Virus record (IMG/VR): IMGVR_UViG_3300027749_002876
Coordinates: 372,001-436,000 of that record
DNA length: 64,000 nucleotides
Reading direction: 5' to 3' (one strand)
Part shown: piece by piece, positions 31,887-41,870 of the stretch
How positions within the stretch are numbered: position 1 is the first letter of the stretch
Layout: each line of letters begins with the position of its first letter
The notes under the pieces: generated by a model
The model's input: the letters and a program-made list of their open reading frames with translations, nothing else
What the model was told of the DNA's origin: nothing
Databases searched by the model: none
Translations under genes and position numbers: made by a program

Positions 31887-32983
31887 GCAAACAACAATAT
31901 AACTTACACACAAAGACAGATTATTTGAATAGAAAAATGTTTTTGGACCCGGAAGGTCCCGTAACCATTCAAAGATTTGAAGAAGTAAAATATAAAAAGA
32001 TTGTAGACTTTGAAACAACCGCACGTGGTTTCTTCTGGGTTCCAGAAGAAGTCAGTCTTACTAAAGATGCCAATGATTTCAAAGATTCAAGCGATGCAGT
32101 TAAACATATCTTTACCAGTAATCTATTACGTCAAACAGCATTAGATAGTTTACAAGGGCGCGGCCCTAGTCAAGTGTTTGCACCTGTCATATCATTACCA
32201 GAACTTGAAGCATTAGTTTACAACTGGACGTTCTTTGAAACTAACATTCACAGTCGTAGTTATAGTCACATCATTCGTAACATTTACAATGTACCTAAAG
32301 ATGTATTCAATACTATACATGATACAAAAGAGATTGTAGACATGGCAAGCAGTGTCGGTCGTTACTATGATGAATTGCACAAAGTAAATTGTCGTAAAGA
32401 GTTGGGTGAAAATATTAATGAAAAAGAACATATCAAAGCAATTTATATGGCACTACATGCTAGTTATGCATTAGAAGCATTTAGATTTATGGTAAGTTTT
32501 GCTACTAGTTTAGCAATGGTTGAGAACAAAATCTTTATTGGTAATGGCAATATTATCAGTTTAATTCTCCAAGATGAACTTCTTCATAAAGGTTGGACTG
32601 CTTACCTTATTAATCAGGTAGTTAAAGAAGATAGTCGTTTTGCACAAGTTAAATTGGAGTGCGAAGCTGAAGTTTATCAACTCTACTTGGATGTTATTCG
32701 TGAAGAAAAAGAGTGGGCAGACTATCTGTTTAAGATGGGTCCAGTTATTGGCTTGAATGCAACAGTGTTAAAAGACTTTGTTGATTATACTGCTGTGGGT
32801 GCATTAAAAGAAATTGGTATACGATATAATAATCCTGCACCAAAGAGTACACCTATTCCTTGGTTTAATAAACATAGTGATACAAGTAAAAAACAATCTG
32901 CATTGCAAGAAACCGAATCAACAAATTATGTTATAGGTGTAATGAGTGAATCATTAAACTATGATGACTTGCCTAATATATAA
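31883..32983 (+). CDS. nrdB: Ribonucleotide reductase class Ia beta subunit
   Basis: FFWVPEEV, QTALDSLQGR, ETNIHSRSYSH, LEAFRFMVSF, DELLH. Confidence 0.97.
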   Translation: MSKQQYNLHTKTDYLNRKMFLDPEGPVTIQRFEEVKYKKIVDFETTARGFFWVPEEVSLTKDANDFKDSSDAVKHIFTSNLLRQTALDSLQGRGPSQVFAPVISLPELEALVYNWTFFETNIHSRSYSHIIRNIYNVPKDVFNTIHDTKEIVDMASSVGRYYDELHKVNCRKELGENINEKEHIKAIYMALHASYALEAFRFMVSFATSLAMVENKIFIGNGNIISLILQDELLHKGWTAYLINQVVKEDSRFAQVKLECEAEVYQLYLDVIREEKEWADYLFKMGPVIGLNATVLKDFVDYTAVGALKEIGIRYNNPAPKSTPIPWFNKHSDTSKKQSALQETESTNYVIGVMSESLNYDDLPNI

Positions 32984-32994
32984 GGAGAATAAAA

Positions 32995-33225
32995 ATGAAA
33001 GCAGTTATTTGGTCCCGTTACCATTGTCCTTATTGCGACCAAGCAAAGGCATTACTAACACAAAAGGGTATTCCGTTTGAAGAAAAGAAAATTGGGGACG
33101 GATACACTAAAGAAGAATTATTAGAAGCAGTACCAACTGCCAGAACAGTACCACAAATCTTTTTAGATGATGAATTGATTGGTGGATTTACAGAATTAAA
33201 ACAAAAATTAACAGAAAGTATCTAA
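32995..33225 (+). CDS. Glutaredoxin
   Basis: CPYC active site, TVPQIF, IGGF. Confidence 0.95.
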   Translation: MKAVIWSRYHCPYCDQAKALLTQKGIPFEEKKIGDGYTKEELLEAVPTARTVPQIFLDDELIGGFTELKQKLTESI

Positions 33226-33530
33226 TGCAAATAGCAATCCAACCAAACTCAGTATATACATTTAAACTTAACTCAGGGGAAGAACTGATAGCGAAAGTGA
33301 TTCAAGCAGGTAGTGAATTCATTAAAATTGAAGAGCCAGTATCTATTGCCCCTACACAACAAGGTATGCAAATGATTCCTAGTGTATTCACTGCAAATCC
33401 GAAGGGTGAATTTAAGCTAAATACTAGTAGTATTGCTCTTTATGCTGAAACGGATGACAGTATAAAAGACAAATATTTAGAAGCAACAACTGGTATTAAG
33501 ATACCTAGTAAAAAAATCGTATTGGGGTAA
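33225..33530 (+). CDS. Conserved phage protein (Sm-like fold suspected)
   Basis: KLNSGEELIA...Y..ATTGI pattern common in T4-like phages. Confidence 0.6.
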   Translation: MQIAIQPNSVYTFKLNSGEELIAKVIQAGSEFIKIEEPVSIAPTQQGMQMIPSVFTANPKGEFKLNTSSIALYAETDDSIKDKYLEATTGIKIPSKKIVLG

Positions 33531-33531
33531 A

Positions 33532-33816
33532 ATGGCAAAACTAAGTCGTGTAGGTGACAAGAATCAAGAGGGCGGCGCCATCGTAAGAGGTGCTGGTACT
33601 GTCTTTGCCAATGGAATCCAAGTTGGTATACACGTTAGTACAATTACTCCGCATGCTCCTTGGAGTAAAAAAGGTCATCCACCACACAAAGCCGCTACAA
33701 CTACAAGTGCTAGTCCAACAGTATTTGCTGAAGGTAGTGCGGTACTTAGAGTAGGGTCAGGAAACAGTTGCGGTCACAGTATCGTTGATGGTAGTCCTGA
33801 TGTATTTTGTCCATGA
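33532..33816 (+). CDS. PAAR spike-tip protein
   Basis: RVGD, TVFANG, TVFAEG...RVG...CGH...GSPDVF. Confidence 0.9.
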   Translation: MAKLSRVGDKNQEGGAIVRGAGTVFANGIQVGIHVSTITPHAPWSKKGHPPHKAATTTSASPTVFAEGSAVLRVGSGNSCGHSIVDGSPDVFCP

Positions 33817-35057
33817 GCGATTCAGGAAAACAAAGCCCACTTGGTGTTAATACACTAAGTTCATTACTACAAAATAAAGGGTTTAACATAAACCCTATCA
33901 TGGTTGAATATACCGGTGTTAGTACTAGTAAAACATCTGCTACAAACTTAGGTATAATTGTTAATAATTCATGTTTACGATTACTTACATATGCTATCAA
34001 TGATGCATATGGTAGGGGACAAGTTAACACATCAACATACAATAATCTAATTACAATTGGTTCTACAACCATACCTGCATTAGGTAATAGCAAAGCACCT
34101 ACATTTAATTGGACGGGTTATCCCAACTGGGCTAGTGATTATACTAAAACCAATGAAGTAACACGTTGGGGTTATGTAAGATTGTTTGCACTTCAAGGTT
34201 ATAATGAATTTAATTATAACAATGGCTTACCAGAATATAAAGATTATCTGTCAGCCTTTATGGCGGCAAGTAGTTTTGTTGAGAATTCTAACAAAGCTAT
34301 TATGTCAATGACAAATTCGCAAGACTTTTTAGATGGCACGTATAGTAATATGAATGATTTGATTAGTGCTGATATTGCTGGAATAAGTTTAGCAACATCA
34401 GCATTTGGTCGTGATTTAATTACCAGTGGCAAAGCAATCAACTTATCAACGATATCAACATTTGGTTTACCATCTAATTTATTATCAACATTACAACAAT
34501 ATAATTGTATAACAAAAGATGTGAGTTTAGCTATATTAGCATCTGGACTACAATTAGATGAATTAAGTCAATTGTTATCTAATATCAATTCTGCCACAAA
34601 AGAACAACAACGTAGACTATATGGTGCATTTAATCTTATAGTAGGCGATAGCCTTAATGATGTATTAGTAACATTGAATTGTAAAACACGTGGAGTAGAA
34701 TCGTTAGCAGATTTGTTAAATCCAAAAAAGTTATTTCCTAATAGTTATCAAACACTAACTGTTCCTGTTTACAATACAACTAGGGCTCCTACTAATAGTA
34801 AGACATATTATCCTATATACAGTAACGGGTCTACCAATGGTAATCTTAATAGTCCTTTAGTATCAAATCAAATTGGTACACAAACACCTACCGGAACACC
34901 ACCTATAGCAGAATCTATAATAACTCAACCAGAAACTGCTGTTATACAAAATGCAGTTGCCACAACCATTGCTGATGTAAATGCCGGTGGTGGAGATGGC
35001 GGTGGTGGAGATGGAGGCGGCGGTGGCGGTGGTGGTGGTGGCGGAGGTGCAATGTAA
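33813..35057 (+). CDS. Putative virion protein ending in a poly-Gly run
   Basis: ATGA-coupled to PAAR; SLADLLNPKKLFPNSY motif. Confidence 0.6.
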   Translation: MSDSGKQSPLGVNTLSSLLQNKGFNINPIMVEYTGVSTSKTSATNLGIIVNNSCLRLLTYAINDAYGRGQVNTSTYNNLITIGSTTIPALGNSKAPTFNWTGYPNWASDYTKTNEVTRWGYVRLFALQGYNEFNYNNGLPEYKDYLSAFMAASSFVENSNKAIMSMTNSQDFLDGTYSNMNDLISADIAGISLATSAFGRDLITSGKAINLSTISTFGLPSNLLSTLQQYNCITKDVSLAILASGLQLDELSQLLSNINSATKEQQRRLYGAFNLIVGDSLNDVLVTLNCKTRGVESLADLLNPKKLFPNSYQTLTVPVYNTTRAPTNSKTYYPIYSNGSTNGNLNSPLVSNQIGTQTPTGTPPIAESIITQPETAVIQNAVATTIADVNAGGGDGGGGDGGGGGGGGGGGGAM

Positions 35058-36676
35058 TGGCAATACTTTCTCAAAATCTTAGAATAGTATCAGAACGTGA
35101 AGATTCAATTGATTCTATTGGTGCAGCCTATGCACCTCCTACTAGTGGAACAACTAAAGTTATAGATGATACTATAACAGTACCCACAAATAATAAAAAT
35201 GTACAACAATTTCCCATAGGATTTGGATCATATCTAGATGGTATATTGCCACCAAATTTAGCAACAGCAGCCGGCGCATTTAGTGTATCAATGCAACAAG
35301 TTAAAAATATATCTTCTATCCCAATAGAAAAGTTTGCACAAGTTGTAACTAATATTGAGACCATTAATGGTCTACAAGTAAATGGAACTAGTGTTCCGGT
35401 AGATAATACATTAGTAAGTGGATCATTACCATTGGTAGCATTAGGTAGTGGGCCATATGGAACGTATACCATGAGTGACTTCTTTGGGTGTATGACTGGA
35501 CTACCTTATATAGGTATAGATATTCTTGGATTAATTAATGCATTGGAAACACCCGTATTGTATAACATATACAAACAATTATATTTGGCAGTGACTTGGG
35601 AGGGTGCAACTGCAACTTGGAATGGTAGTTCATTCACCTATACAAATAGAGGTGGAGGATATACCAATGCACCTACTGTAACAGTAGGTGGTAATCCTGC
35701 AATTGCTACAATAGGTACCGATTCTACCAATATAGTTACATTTGGTAGAATAATATCAATAAGTTATTCTGGCATAGCAAGCACGGTAGTAATAGACCCT
35801 CCACCCGGGGGTGGATGGCCTACAATGAATACAGTTGTGCAAGGTTACATTGACGCTGCCAATGCAGAAATATTAGCAATACAAACTAGTAAACAAAGAT
35901 TAGCTGAACAGATGAATACTAATTGGAATCTTACTGGAACTCAATTAACTATTGAACAACGTGCATTAAGTACTGCTTTACCAGTACCAGTACCAACAAT
36001 TGCCCCAATTACAGATTTAGCACAATTTCCTACTACACAATATGCATTTACTGATTCAGTTCCACAATTTGCATTGAATACAGATCCACATATGCAAGCA
36101 CAGAGTATTGAAGCAATAGCTAACACATGCTTACCCGGTGGACAAAGTATAGTGGGTATGATGCGTGAATCACGAAATCAAGCTAGATTGACACAAATTG
36201 GCATTTCATTAGACAATAATATCAGTGATTCAATTACAGTAGTAGAAAACAAAACGTTATTAGCAAATGGCTCAATTAATAATTCACCTCCTGCAAAATT
36301 AAGTCAAGTTGATTGTAATACTGGAAATGAAGTTACCACCAACCCATATGGTTTTTATAATCCAGAGAATAATAATTACTATGTTACTAACCCTGCTTAT
36401 TTGGGAGCAGGTGGCGCAGTCAATGTTGGTAATAATAATGGCTGGACAGGTTCCGGACAAGTTGGTGGTGGATCTACGCCAGCGTTGCCTTCTGCGGTAG
36501 ATGTTGGTAATGCTACTGCACTAGGATCATTTGCAGGTTCTCCTTATACAAATATCATACCTGCAAATTTAAATGTATTATACACATCTAAGAATTTGTT
36601 ACCATCTACCTACACTATCCCAGAAGCAATTGATGAAGTTATTCGTTGTAATTGTGACTGCTGGGATATGATTTAA
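35057..36676 (+). CDS. Putative virion structural protein
   Basis: 539 aa; TAATG coupling; GGGYTNAPTVTV module. Confidence 0.6.
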   Translation: MAILSQNLRIVSEREDSIDSIGAAYAPPTSGTTKVIDDTITVPTNNKNVQQFPIGFGSYLDGILPPNLATAAGAFSVSMQQVKNISSIPIEKFAQVVTNIETINGLQVNGTSVPVDNTLVSGSLPLVALGSGPYGTYTMSDFFGCMTGLPYIGIDILGLINALETPVLYNIYKQLYLAVTWEGATATWNGSSFTYTNRGGGYTNAPTVTVGGNPAIATIGTDSTNIVTFGRIISISYSGIASTVVIDPPPGGGWPTMNTVVQGYIDAANAEILAIQTSKQRLAEQMNTNWNLTGTQLTIEQRALSTALPVPVPTIAPITDLAQFPTTQYAFTDSVPQFALNTDPHMQAQSIEAIANTCLPGGQSIVGMMRESRNQARLTQIGISLDNNISDSITVVENKTLLANGSINNSPPAKLSQVDCNTGNEVTTNPYGFYNPENNNYYVTNPAYLGAGGAVNVGNNNGWTGSGQVGGGSTPALPSAVDVGNATALGSFAGSPYTNIIPANLNVLYTSKNLLPSTYTIPEAIDEVIRCNCDCWDMI

Positions 36677-36686
36677 AGTATCAACT

Positions 36687-37271
36687 ATGAATTTAAATTT
36701 TATTAAACCTATAGCCGCCTTTACCATGATTGTGATTACTTGTATGACATATGAGTTTGTGGATACTAGAGTAGTAGAAGAACCAGAAGTAGTAGCTAAA
36801 GTCATAGATCCAAAACAATTAGCATGTATGGCTAAGAATATATTTTATGAAGCAGGCAATGAAAGTATAATGGGTCAAGCCGCAGTAGCCAGAGTGGTAC
36901 TTAATAGAGTAAATCATGGCTTTGCTAAAACACCTTGCGCTGTAGTATATCAATCAAATGTTGTAGAGAAAATAGTAGATGATGAATCTGTTAAAGTAAA
37001 ACAATGTCAATTTAGTTGGGTTTGTGAAGGTAAAGGTGAACCAAACATAAACAGTCTAAAATATAAACAAGCCCAACAAGTAGCATATGATATTATGGCT
37101 AATGACGCATACAGTGATGTTGTACCCAAATCAGCATTGTTCTTTCATAACTTAACAGTTGACCCATTATGGCCTTATAAACAAGTAGCAAAGATTGGCA
37201 ATCATATATTTTATAGTAGAGTCAAAAAGTCTACCCAAAATAATAGTACTAAAACAGAAAATAACATATAA
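36687..37271 (+). CDS. SleB-like cell wall hydrolase (Hydrolase_2)
   Basis: CMAKNIFYEAGNE...AVARVVLNRV...CQFSW...IGNHIFY. Confidence 0.92.
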   Translation: MNLNFIKPIAAFTMIVITCMTYEFVDTRVVEEPEVVAKVIDPKQLACMAKNIFYEAGNESIMGQAAVARVVLNRVNHGFAKTPCAVVYQSNVVEKIVDDESVKVKQCQFSWVCEGKGEPNINSLKYKQAQQVAYDIMANDAYSDVVPKSALFFHNLTVDPLWPYKQVAKIGNHIFYSRVKKSTQNNSTKTENNI

Positions 37272-37277
37272 TAGCTA

Positions 37278-37754
37278 ATGAGTGACAAACCAAATTCAGC
37301 AAACGGTGTCAGTAGTTATGATTCAACTAGTAGTGGTTCACTAATACATTTCTTTAATCGTAATGTAACACCATATGCTACTGAAAGTTCAGGACCTAAA
37401 TTTGATTTAGTCCCTGTAGAAAAGCATAAAGATATTATGCTCAATGTTGCAAGGTTGCATGCCAAGCAAGAGTATGATAGAATCATGGAACTAGTTGAAG
37501 TATTACAGAAGCAAGCTGAACAGATTAAGCATAGACTTGATTTGACTGATATGGTTCATGCCGCTAAATATGATTTTCAATTATCAAATGGAAATATATA
37601 TTGGTTACTATTTGACACACGTAAACAGTACACTAGATTAAGTATTCATGGTCCCAATGATTGGTCTACTGGTAAGCCAGTTGACTATGAATACATTTGC
37701 AAAGTTAAATGGTTAGGCGATCACACTTGGATAGAGGTAGAAGATGATAAGTAG
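37278..37754 (+). CDS. Hypothetical protein (DUF2452-like)
   Basis: PYATESSGPKF, coiled coil, LSIHGPNDW, DHTW. Confidence 0.6.
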   Translation: MSDKPNSANGVSSYDSTSSGSLIHFFNRNVTPYATESSGPKFDLVPVEKHKDIMLNVARLHAKQEYDRIMELVEVLQKQAEQIKHRLDLTDMVHAAKYDFQLSNGNIYWLLFDTRKQYTRLSIHGPNDWSTGKPVDYEYICKVKWLGDHTWIEVEDDK

Positions 37755-38310
37755 TAGTCCAGATAGAAATACATTTCAATTAGAAAATTATGTTAAACGA
37801 CAAGAAGAAGCAGGTAAATTACCTTCTCCTGAATATTTAGAAATGTTCAAAACTTGGCGTGAACAAGATGAAGCTAATATTGTAGATCCATTATGGCAAA
37901 AAGATAACATGGAGTATGATTTACGCAGTACTCAATGGATTATTGATAAAGTTAAAGGTGATGAAGTATATGCACAACACTTGTATGCCTCAATGTGTAA
38001 CAATGATTTTACTAAAAATGATGTATGGCCTATATTAACCGAGAAACGTTGGAGTTGTAGTTGGAGACATGCAGGTGGCATCATTGCTGATATGCAAGGT
38101 AAGGGTGATTACATTGACTGGTACTGTAGTGGTATCAGAGATAGTAAGATACTAGATGATGATGAATTTCGTGCTCTTACTAAAGAACAACAAGAATCGT
38201 ATATTCAAGGTAAAAAGTTTGTACCAGAAAGCTGTGTAACTGATGAGATACGAGAAGATTTATTGAAATTAGGTTGGATAGTAGCAGATGAAGAACTTGA
38301 AGCATACTAA
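37744..38310 (+). CDS. Conserved phage hypothetical protein
   Basis: YAQHLYASMCNN...WSCSWRHAGGIIAD...YIDWYCSG. Confidence 0.7.
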   Translation: MISSSPDRNTFQLENYVKRQEEAGKLPSPEYLEMFKTWREQDEANIVDPLWQKDNMEYDLRSTQWIIDKVKGDEVYAQHLYASMCNNDFTKNDVWPILTEKRWSCSWRHAGGIIADMQGKGDYIDWYCSGIRDSKILDDDEFRALTKEQQESYIQGKKFVPESCVTDEIREDLLKLGWIVADEELEAY

Positions 38311-38337
38311 ATACAATACATACAAGGAGTATATATC

Positions 38338-38454
38338 ATGTTAGAAACATTATTTTGGTTAGCACTAGGTGCTTTTATTGGTTGGAATTTCCCTCAACCT
38401 CAGTTTGCAAAGAATATTCAAGCAAAAATATTGACTATGTTCAAAAAGGATTAA
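38338..38454 (+). CDS. Small membrane protein (38 aa)
   Basis: Strong SD AAGGAG; MLETLFWLALGAFIGWNFPQP; below the ORF-track cutoff. Confidence 0.7.
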   Translation: MLETLFWLALGAFIGWNFPQPQFAKNIQAKILTMFKKD

Positions 38455-38492
38455 TAACCCTCACAAACGGGCGCACCTAGATAAATAGTTAT

Positions 38493-39098
38493 ATGAAAAA
38501 TAAATATGGCTTATTAATATCTTGTTCGCATTGTGGAATTGAGTTTGTAACTAAACCTAGATTTTTAGAGTTTTGTTCAACTCCTTGCAAAAATCCGATA
38601 AATCGTGTAGGTAATATACCTTGGAACAAGGGTATAAAAATGACACCTGACCAAAAGTCTAAACTAAACACAGAAGGTCTTAAAAAGGGTCATGGTTGGA
38701 ATAAGGGGAAAGATAATCTGACACAAAAAGAAAAATGGACCGGTTCATCAAACCCAAACTGGGAAGGTAAATTAAACAATCAAAGGCCTAAAAAACAGAT
38801 AAATGATGAATTAGTTAAATACAAGAGAGAATGTAGGAAGGCAACTCGCCGGTCTCTATATAGACTTAGAAAGCAAAATTTAATGCCAGTGACTGGTAAA
38901 AAGAAAACAGATATTCAAGTAGATCACATCATACCCTTTAAACAGGGATATGAACTTAAAATTGATCCTATGATTATAGGACATCTATGTAATTTAAGAT
39001 TTATAACAGGTGAGGAAAACAGAAAGAAATGGGATACGTTTCAATCTGAAGAAATAGTTAATAATATAATGGAGAACTTTAATGGCATATTCAGATAA
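38493..39098 (+). mobile_element. Free-standing HNH homing endonuclease overlapping the iscU start
   Basis: CSHC..C..C zinc motif, PWNKG repeats, VDHIIP...NLRFI...ENRKK. Confidence 0.85.
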
Positions 39099-39471
39099 AG
39101 TGTTGGATCACTATAATAACCCCCGCAATGCGGGAACTTTTGATAAGGAGGACACGCACGTTGGGACTGGTATGGTAGGAGCCCCGGCGTGTGGTTAGTT
39201 AGGAGATGTAATGAAACTCCAAATAAAAGTAGATAAATTAACAGGGATAATAACAGATGCCAAATTTAAAACGTATGGGTGCGGGTCGGCAATTGCTAGC
39301 TCAAGTCTTGTCACTGAGTGGGTCAAAGGTAAGACATTGGATGAAGCTGCCGAACTCCGAAACTCTCAAATCGCAGAAGAACTTGCACTCCCCCCAGTCA
39401 AAATCCATTGCTCAATCCTTGCGGAAGACGCCATCAAAGCCGCAGTAAATGATTATAAACAGAGGCACTAA
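39082..39471 (+). CDS. iscU: Fe-S cluster scaffold IscU interrupted by in-frame TAG within a 9-nt insert
   Basis: MAYSDKVLDHYNNPRN...GAPACG*LGDVMKLQI...FKTYGCGSAIASSS...LPPVKIHCSILAEDA; TAG at 39196-39198. Confidence 0.92.
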
Positions 39472-39776
39472 TGTCAAATGATACAGCAAAATACATAAAC
39501 AGCCGCCGCCGTCATAAAAATGATGTTGCAATTGCAAGACAAGTTCGTATTGCTAAACAACATGGTGTAAGTTTTTATGATAAATCAATTAAAGAACCAC
39601 ATCGTTTAGCAAAACATCATGTTATGGATTGTGGCAATCCACAATGCCCACTATGTGGCAATCCACGTAGGACACATAAAGATACACTAACAGCACAAGA
39701 GAAACGATTGTACCAAGATACTGAAAAAGCTACAGATAAACATAGCAATGGTTTAATAAAACAAATTGAAGATTGA
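39471..39776 (+). CDS. Hypothetical basic zinc-finger protein
   Basis: CGNPQCPLCGNPRR. Confidence 0.65.
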   Translation: MSNDTAKYINSRRRHKNDVAIARQVRIAKQHGVSFYDKSIKEPHRLAKHHVMDCGNPQCPLCGNPRRTHKDTLTAQEKRLYQDTEKATDKHSNGLIKQIED

Positions 39777-39808
39777 CATCTTTGATATACACACATAAAG
39801 GAATAAAA

Positions 39809-40276
39809 ATGTCAGAAACTATTAATAGCCTACACAGTGCATATTCTGGTGAAAGTCAAGCGCATACTAAGTATCGCTACTTTGCTAAAATCGCACGTGC
39901 AGAAGGATATGAAGATATCGCAAAACACTTTGAACATACAGCAGACCAAGAGTTGTTGCATTCATGGGGTCACCTAGAACTAATCATTGGTAAACCAGAT
40001 ACACGTAAATGTTTAGAGTTAGCAATTGAAGGTGAAACATATGAGTTTACGGAGATGTATCCTCACTTCCGTGAAGTTGCTGAATTTGAAGGTAACTTAC
40101 AGGCCGCAAATGAAGCAACGCATCAGATTGAAGAATCACAGCGCCATGCTAGTGAATTCAAAGAAGTATTGAAGAAAGCAGAAAAGCGTTTTGCGGCACT
40201 GGCTAAAGTTGAACAACGTCATGCTGAAGCATATCAAGCTAAGTTAGATGAATTAAATCAAGTGGAGGCAAGATAA
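39809..40276 (+). CDS. Rubrerythrin (ferritin-like)
   Basis: AYSGESQAHTKYRYFAKIARAEG, QELLH, EGETYE..EMYP, EQRH. Confidence 0.92.
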   Translation: MSETINSLHSAYSGESQAHTKYRYFAKIARAEGYEDIAKHFEHTADQELLHSWGHLELIIGKPDTRKCLELAIEGETYEFTEMYPHFREVAEFEGNLQAANEATHQIEESQRHASEFKEVLKKAEKRFAALAKVEQRHAEAYQAKLDELNQVEAR

Positions 40277-40404
40277 TGGATCATATTTGCGTAATTTGTG
40301 GCCATGTACACGATGAAGAAACAGAAGGTAAATGGGATGATTTACCAGAAGATTTTCCTTGCCCAGAGTGCGGTGGTTTTAAGGTCGATTACGAAACTAT
40401 TTAA
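40276..40404 (+). CDS. Rubredoxin (42 aa)
   Basis: CVICGH...WDDLPEDFPCPECG; SD GGAGG; not in the ORF track. Confidence 0.92.
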   Translation: MDHICVICGHVHDEETEGKWDDLPEDFPCPECGGFKVDYETI

Positions 40405-40410
40405 CACCTA

Positions 40411-40950
40411 ATGCAACTGCATCAGTTACATGATTCCTCTAACACTTTTGTAATGAAGTTATTAGGGGAATCCTTTTCTAATATAACCAATCTTAATATT
40501 GTAAAAAATTACCATCCAGATTATCGTAATGATCCTGCCAACATTTTCTATATATTGAGTGATGTAAATGGTCGATATCATAGAGGATGTTATTATGTAT
40601 TAGAAGATGCAGGAGAATTCTTATGTAGTGCTGGTTGGAATGAATATGATTTAGATCAAACGATTGCACTTGCGCTTACTAGAGCCTATATAAACCCCAA
40701 ATATCGAGCTAATTATTATATGGGGGAATATATCTTACCTAAAATCATAGAGAACACTACACCATATAAACATTTATATATTACTGCCGATTCATACAAC
40801 AGTGCTATCTATCAATTTTTTGTAAGGGCTAGTGAAGGTAAAAGAACAGCAATATTCAATGATTGGCCTGATATCTATAGAAAGTTTAAACCATTGGGAA
40901 AAAAGAATATATACTATACTGAACAATTTGTAGCGGAATATCAAAGATGA
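40411..40950 (+). CDS. GNAT-like acyltransferase (putative)
   Basis: LTRAYINPKYR motif-A-like segment. Confidence 0.5.
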   Translation: MQLHQLHDSSNTFVMKLLGESFSNITNLNIVKNYHPDYRNDPANIFYILSDVNGRYHRGCYYVLEDAGEFLCSAGWNEYDLDQTIALALTRAYINPKYRANYYMGEYILPKIIENTTPYKHLYITADSYNSAIYQFFVRASEGKRTAIFNDWPDIYRKFKPLGKKNIYYTEQFVAEYQR

Positions 40951-41870
40951 ATTTTACACATAATAATCATTTAAAATACTATATAGGTGATCGTTTATTT
41001 GGAGACAGGATCAATTCAATTGATTCTTATAAGGTAACTGTAGGATCAATTGACAATGATTATTATAGAACCAGTAATTACTTATCCGAATTACATCGTA
41101 TTGCTGATTTAGTATATAAAAATTTTAATAGTGATTTTGGTATATTTTTAAGTGGCGGAACCGATAGTGAAATAGTAGTTCGTAATTTTGTTGATATTGG
41201 AATAAAACCAAAGTGTTTTACTATCAGATTTGAGAACGATTTAAATCTTGCTGATGTAATAGAAGCAATTGCAATTGCAAATGAATTAGATGTTCCTCTC
41301 TACATAATTGATGTAAATGTTAAAGAATTTGCATATAGTGGGAAAGCAAAAGAATTTGCAGACACAATTCAATGTAGTCAATTGGCATATTTGATTGTAT
41401 TTCAAGAAATAATTAATTTGGGAATGCCTTCTATAATGGGAGGAGAGTTGATGTTACGTAGAGGATTTAATCCAAATAGTTTTTGGCATTATTGTTTTCG
41501 TGAAAATGAAGATGGTAGTGCAATTAGATGTAGTAAGTTATATAACATCCCTATTGTTAATGAATGGTTTAGTTATACCCCTGAAATAATGCTATATTAT
41601 CTGGAAGATCCAGATATAAACACATTGGTTAACACTCAGTATAATTATAAATTGAGTTCAGTAAGTAGCAAAAATAAAATATTAAATAAACTTATACCTA
41701 ATATTAGACCAAAAACTAAAACACATGGTTATGAAAAGTTAATGGGATTGAATAATGAATTTTATAGACAATTAGGAAATTCACACATTACTAGATTAGA
41801 ACCATCTTTAGATGGGATTGAATATAATAATATTATTAAAATATTAAGAGGAATAAATGACCATAATTAA
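40947..41870 (+). CDS. PP-loop ATP pyrophosphatase (asparagine synthetase-like)
   Basis: IFLSGGTDSE motif; KTHGYE near the C-terminus. Confidence 0.75.
   Translation: MNFTHNNHLKYYIGDRLFGDRINSIDSYKVTVGSIDNDYYRTSNYLSELHRIADLVYKNFNSDFGIFLSGGTDSEIVVRNFVDIGIKPKCFTIRFENDLNLADVIEAIAIANELDVPLYIIDVNVKEFAYSGKAKEFADTIQCSQLAYLIVFQEIINLGMPSIMGGELMLRRGFNPNSFWHYCFRENEDGSAIRCSKLYNIPIVNEWFSYTPEIMLYYLEDPDINTLVNTQYNYKLSSVSSKNKILNKLIPNIRPKTKTHGYEKLMGLNNEFYRQLGNSHITRLEPSLDGIEYNNIIKILRGINDHN

Noticed and set aside
39196-39198. Genome-wide TAG recoding or amber suppression
   Set aside because: TAG ends several genes (15584, 28983, 47225, 50104), other conserved genes have no internal TAG, and no CTA-anticodon tRNA was found in the window.
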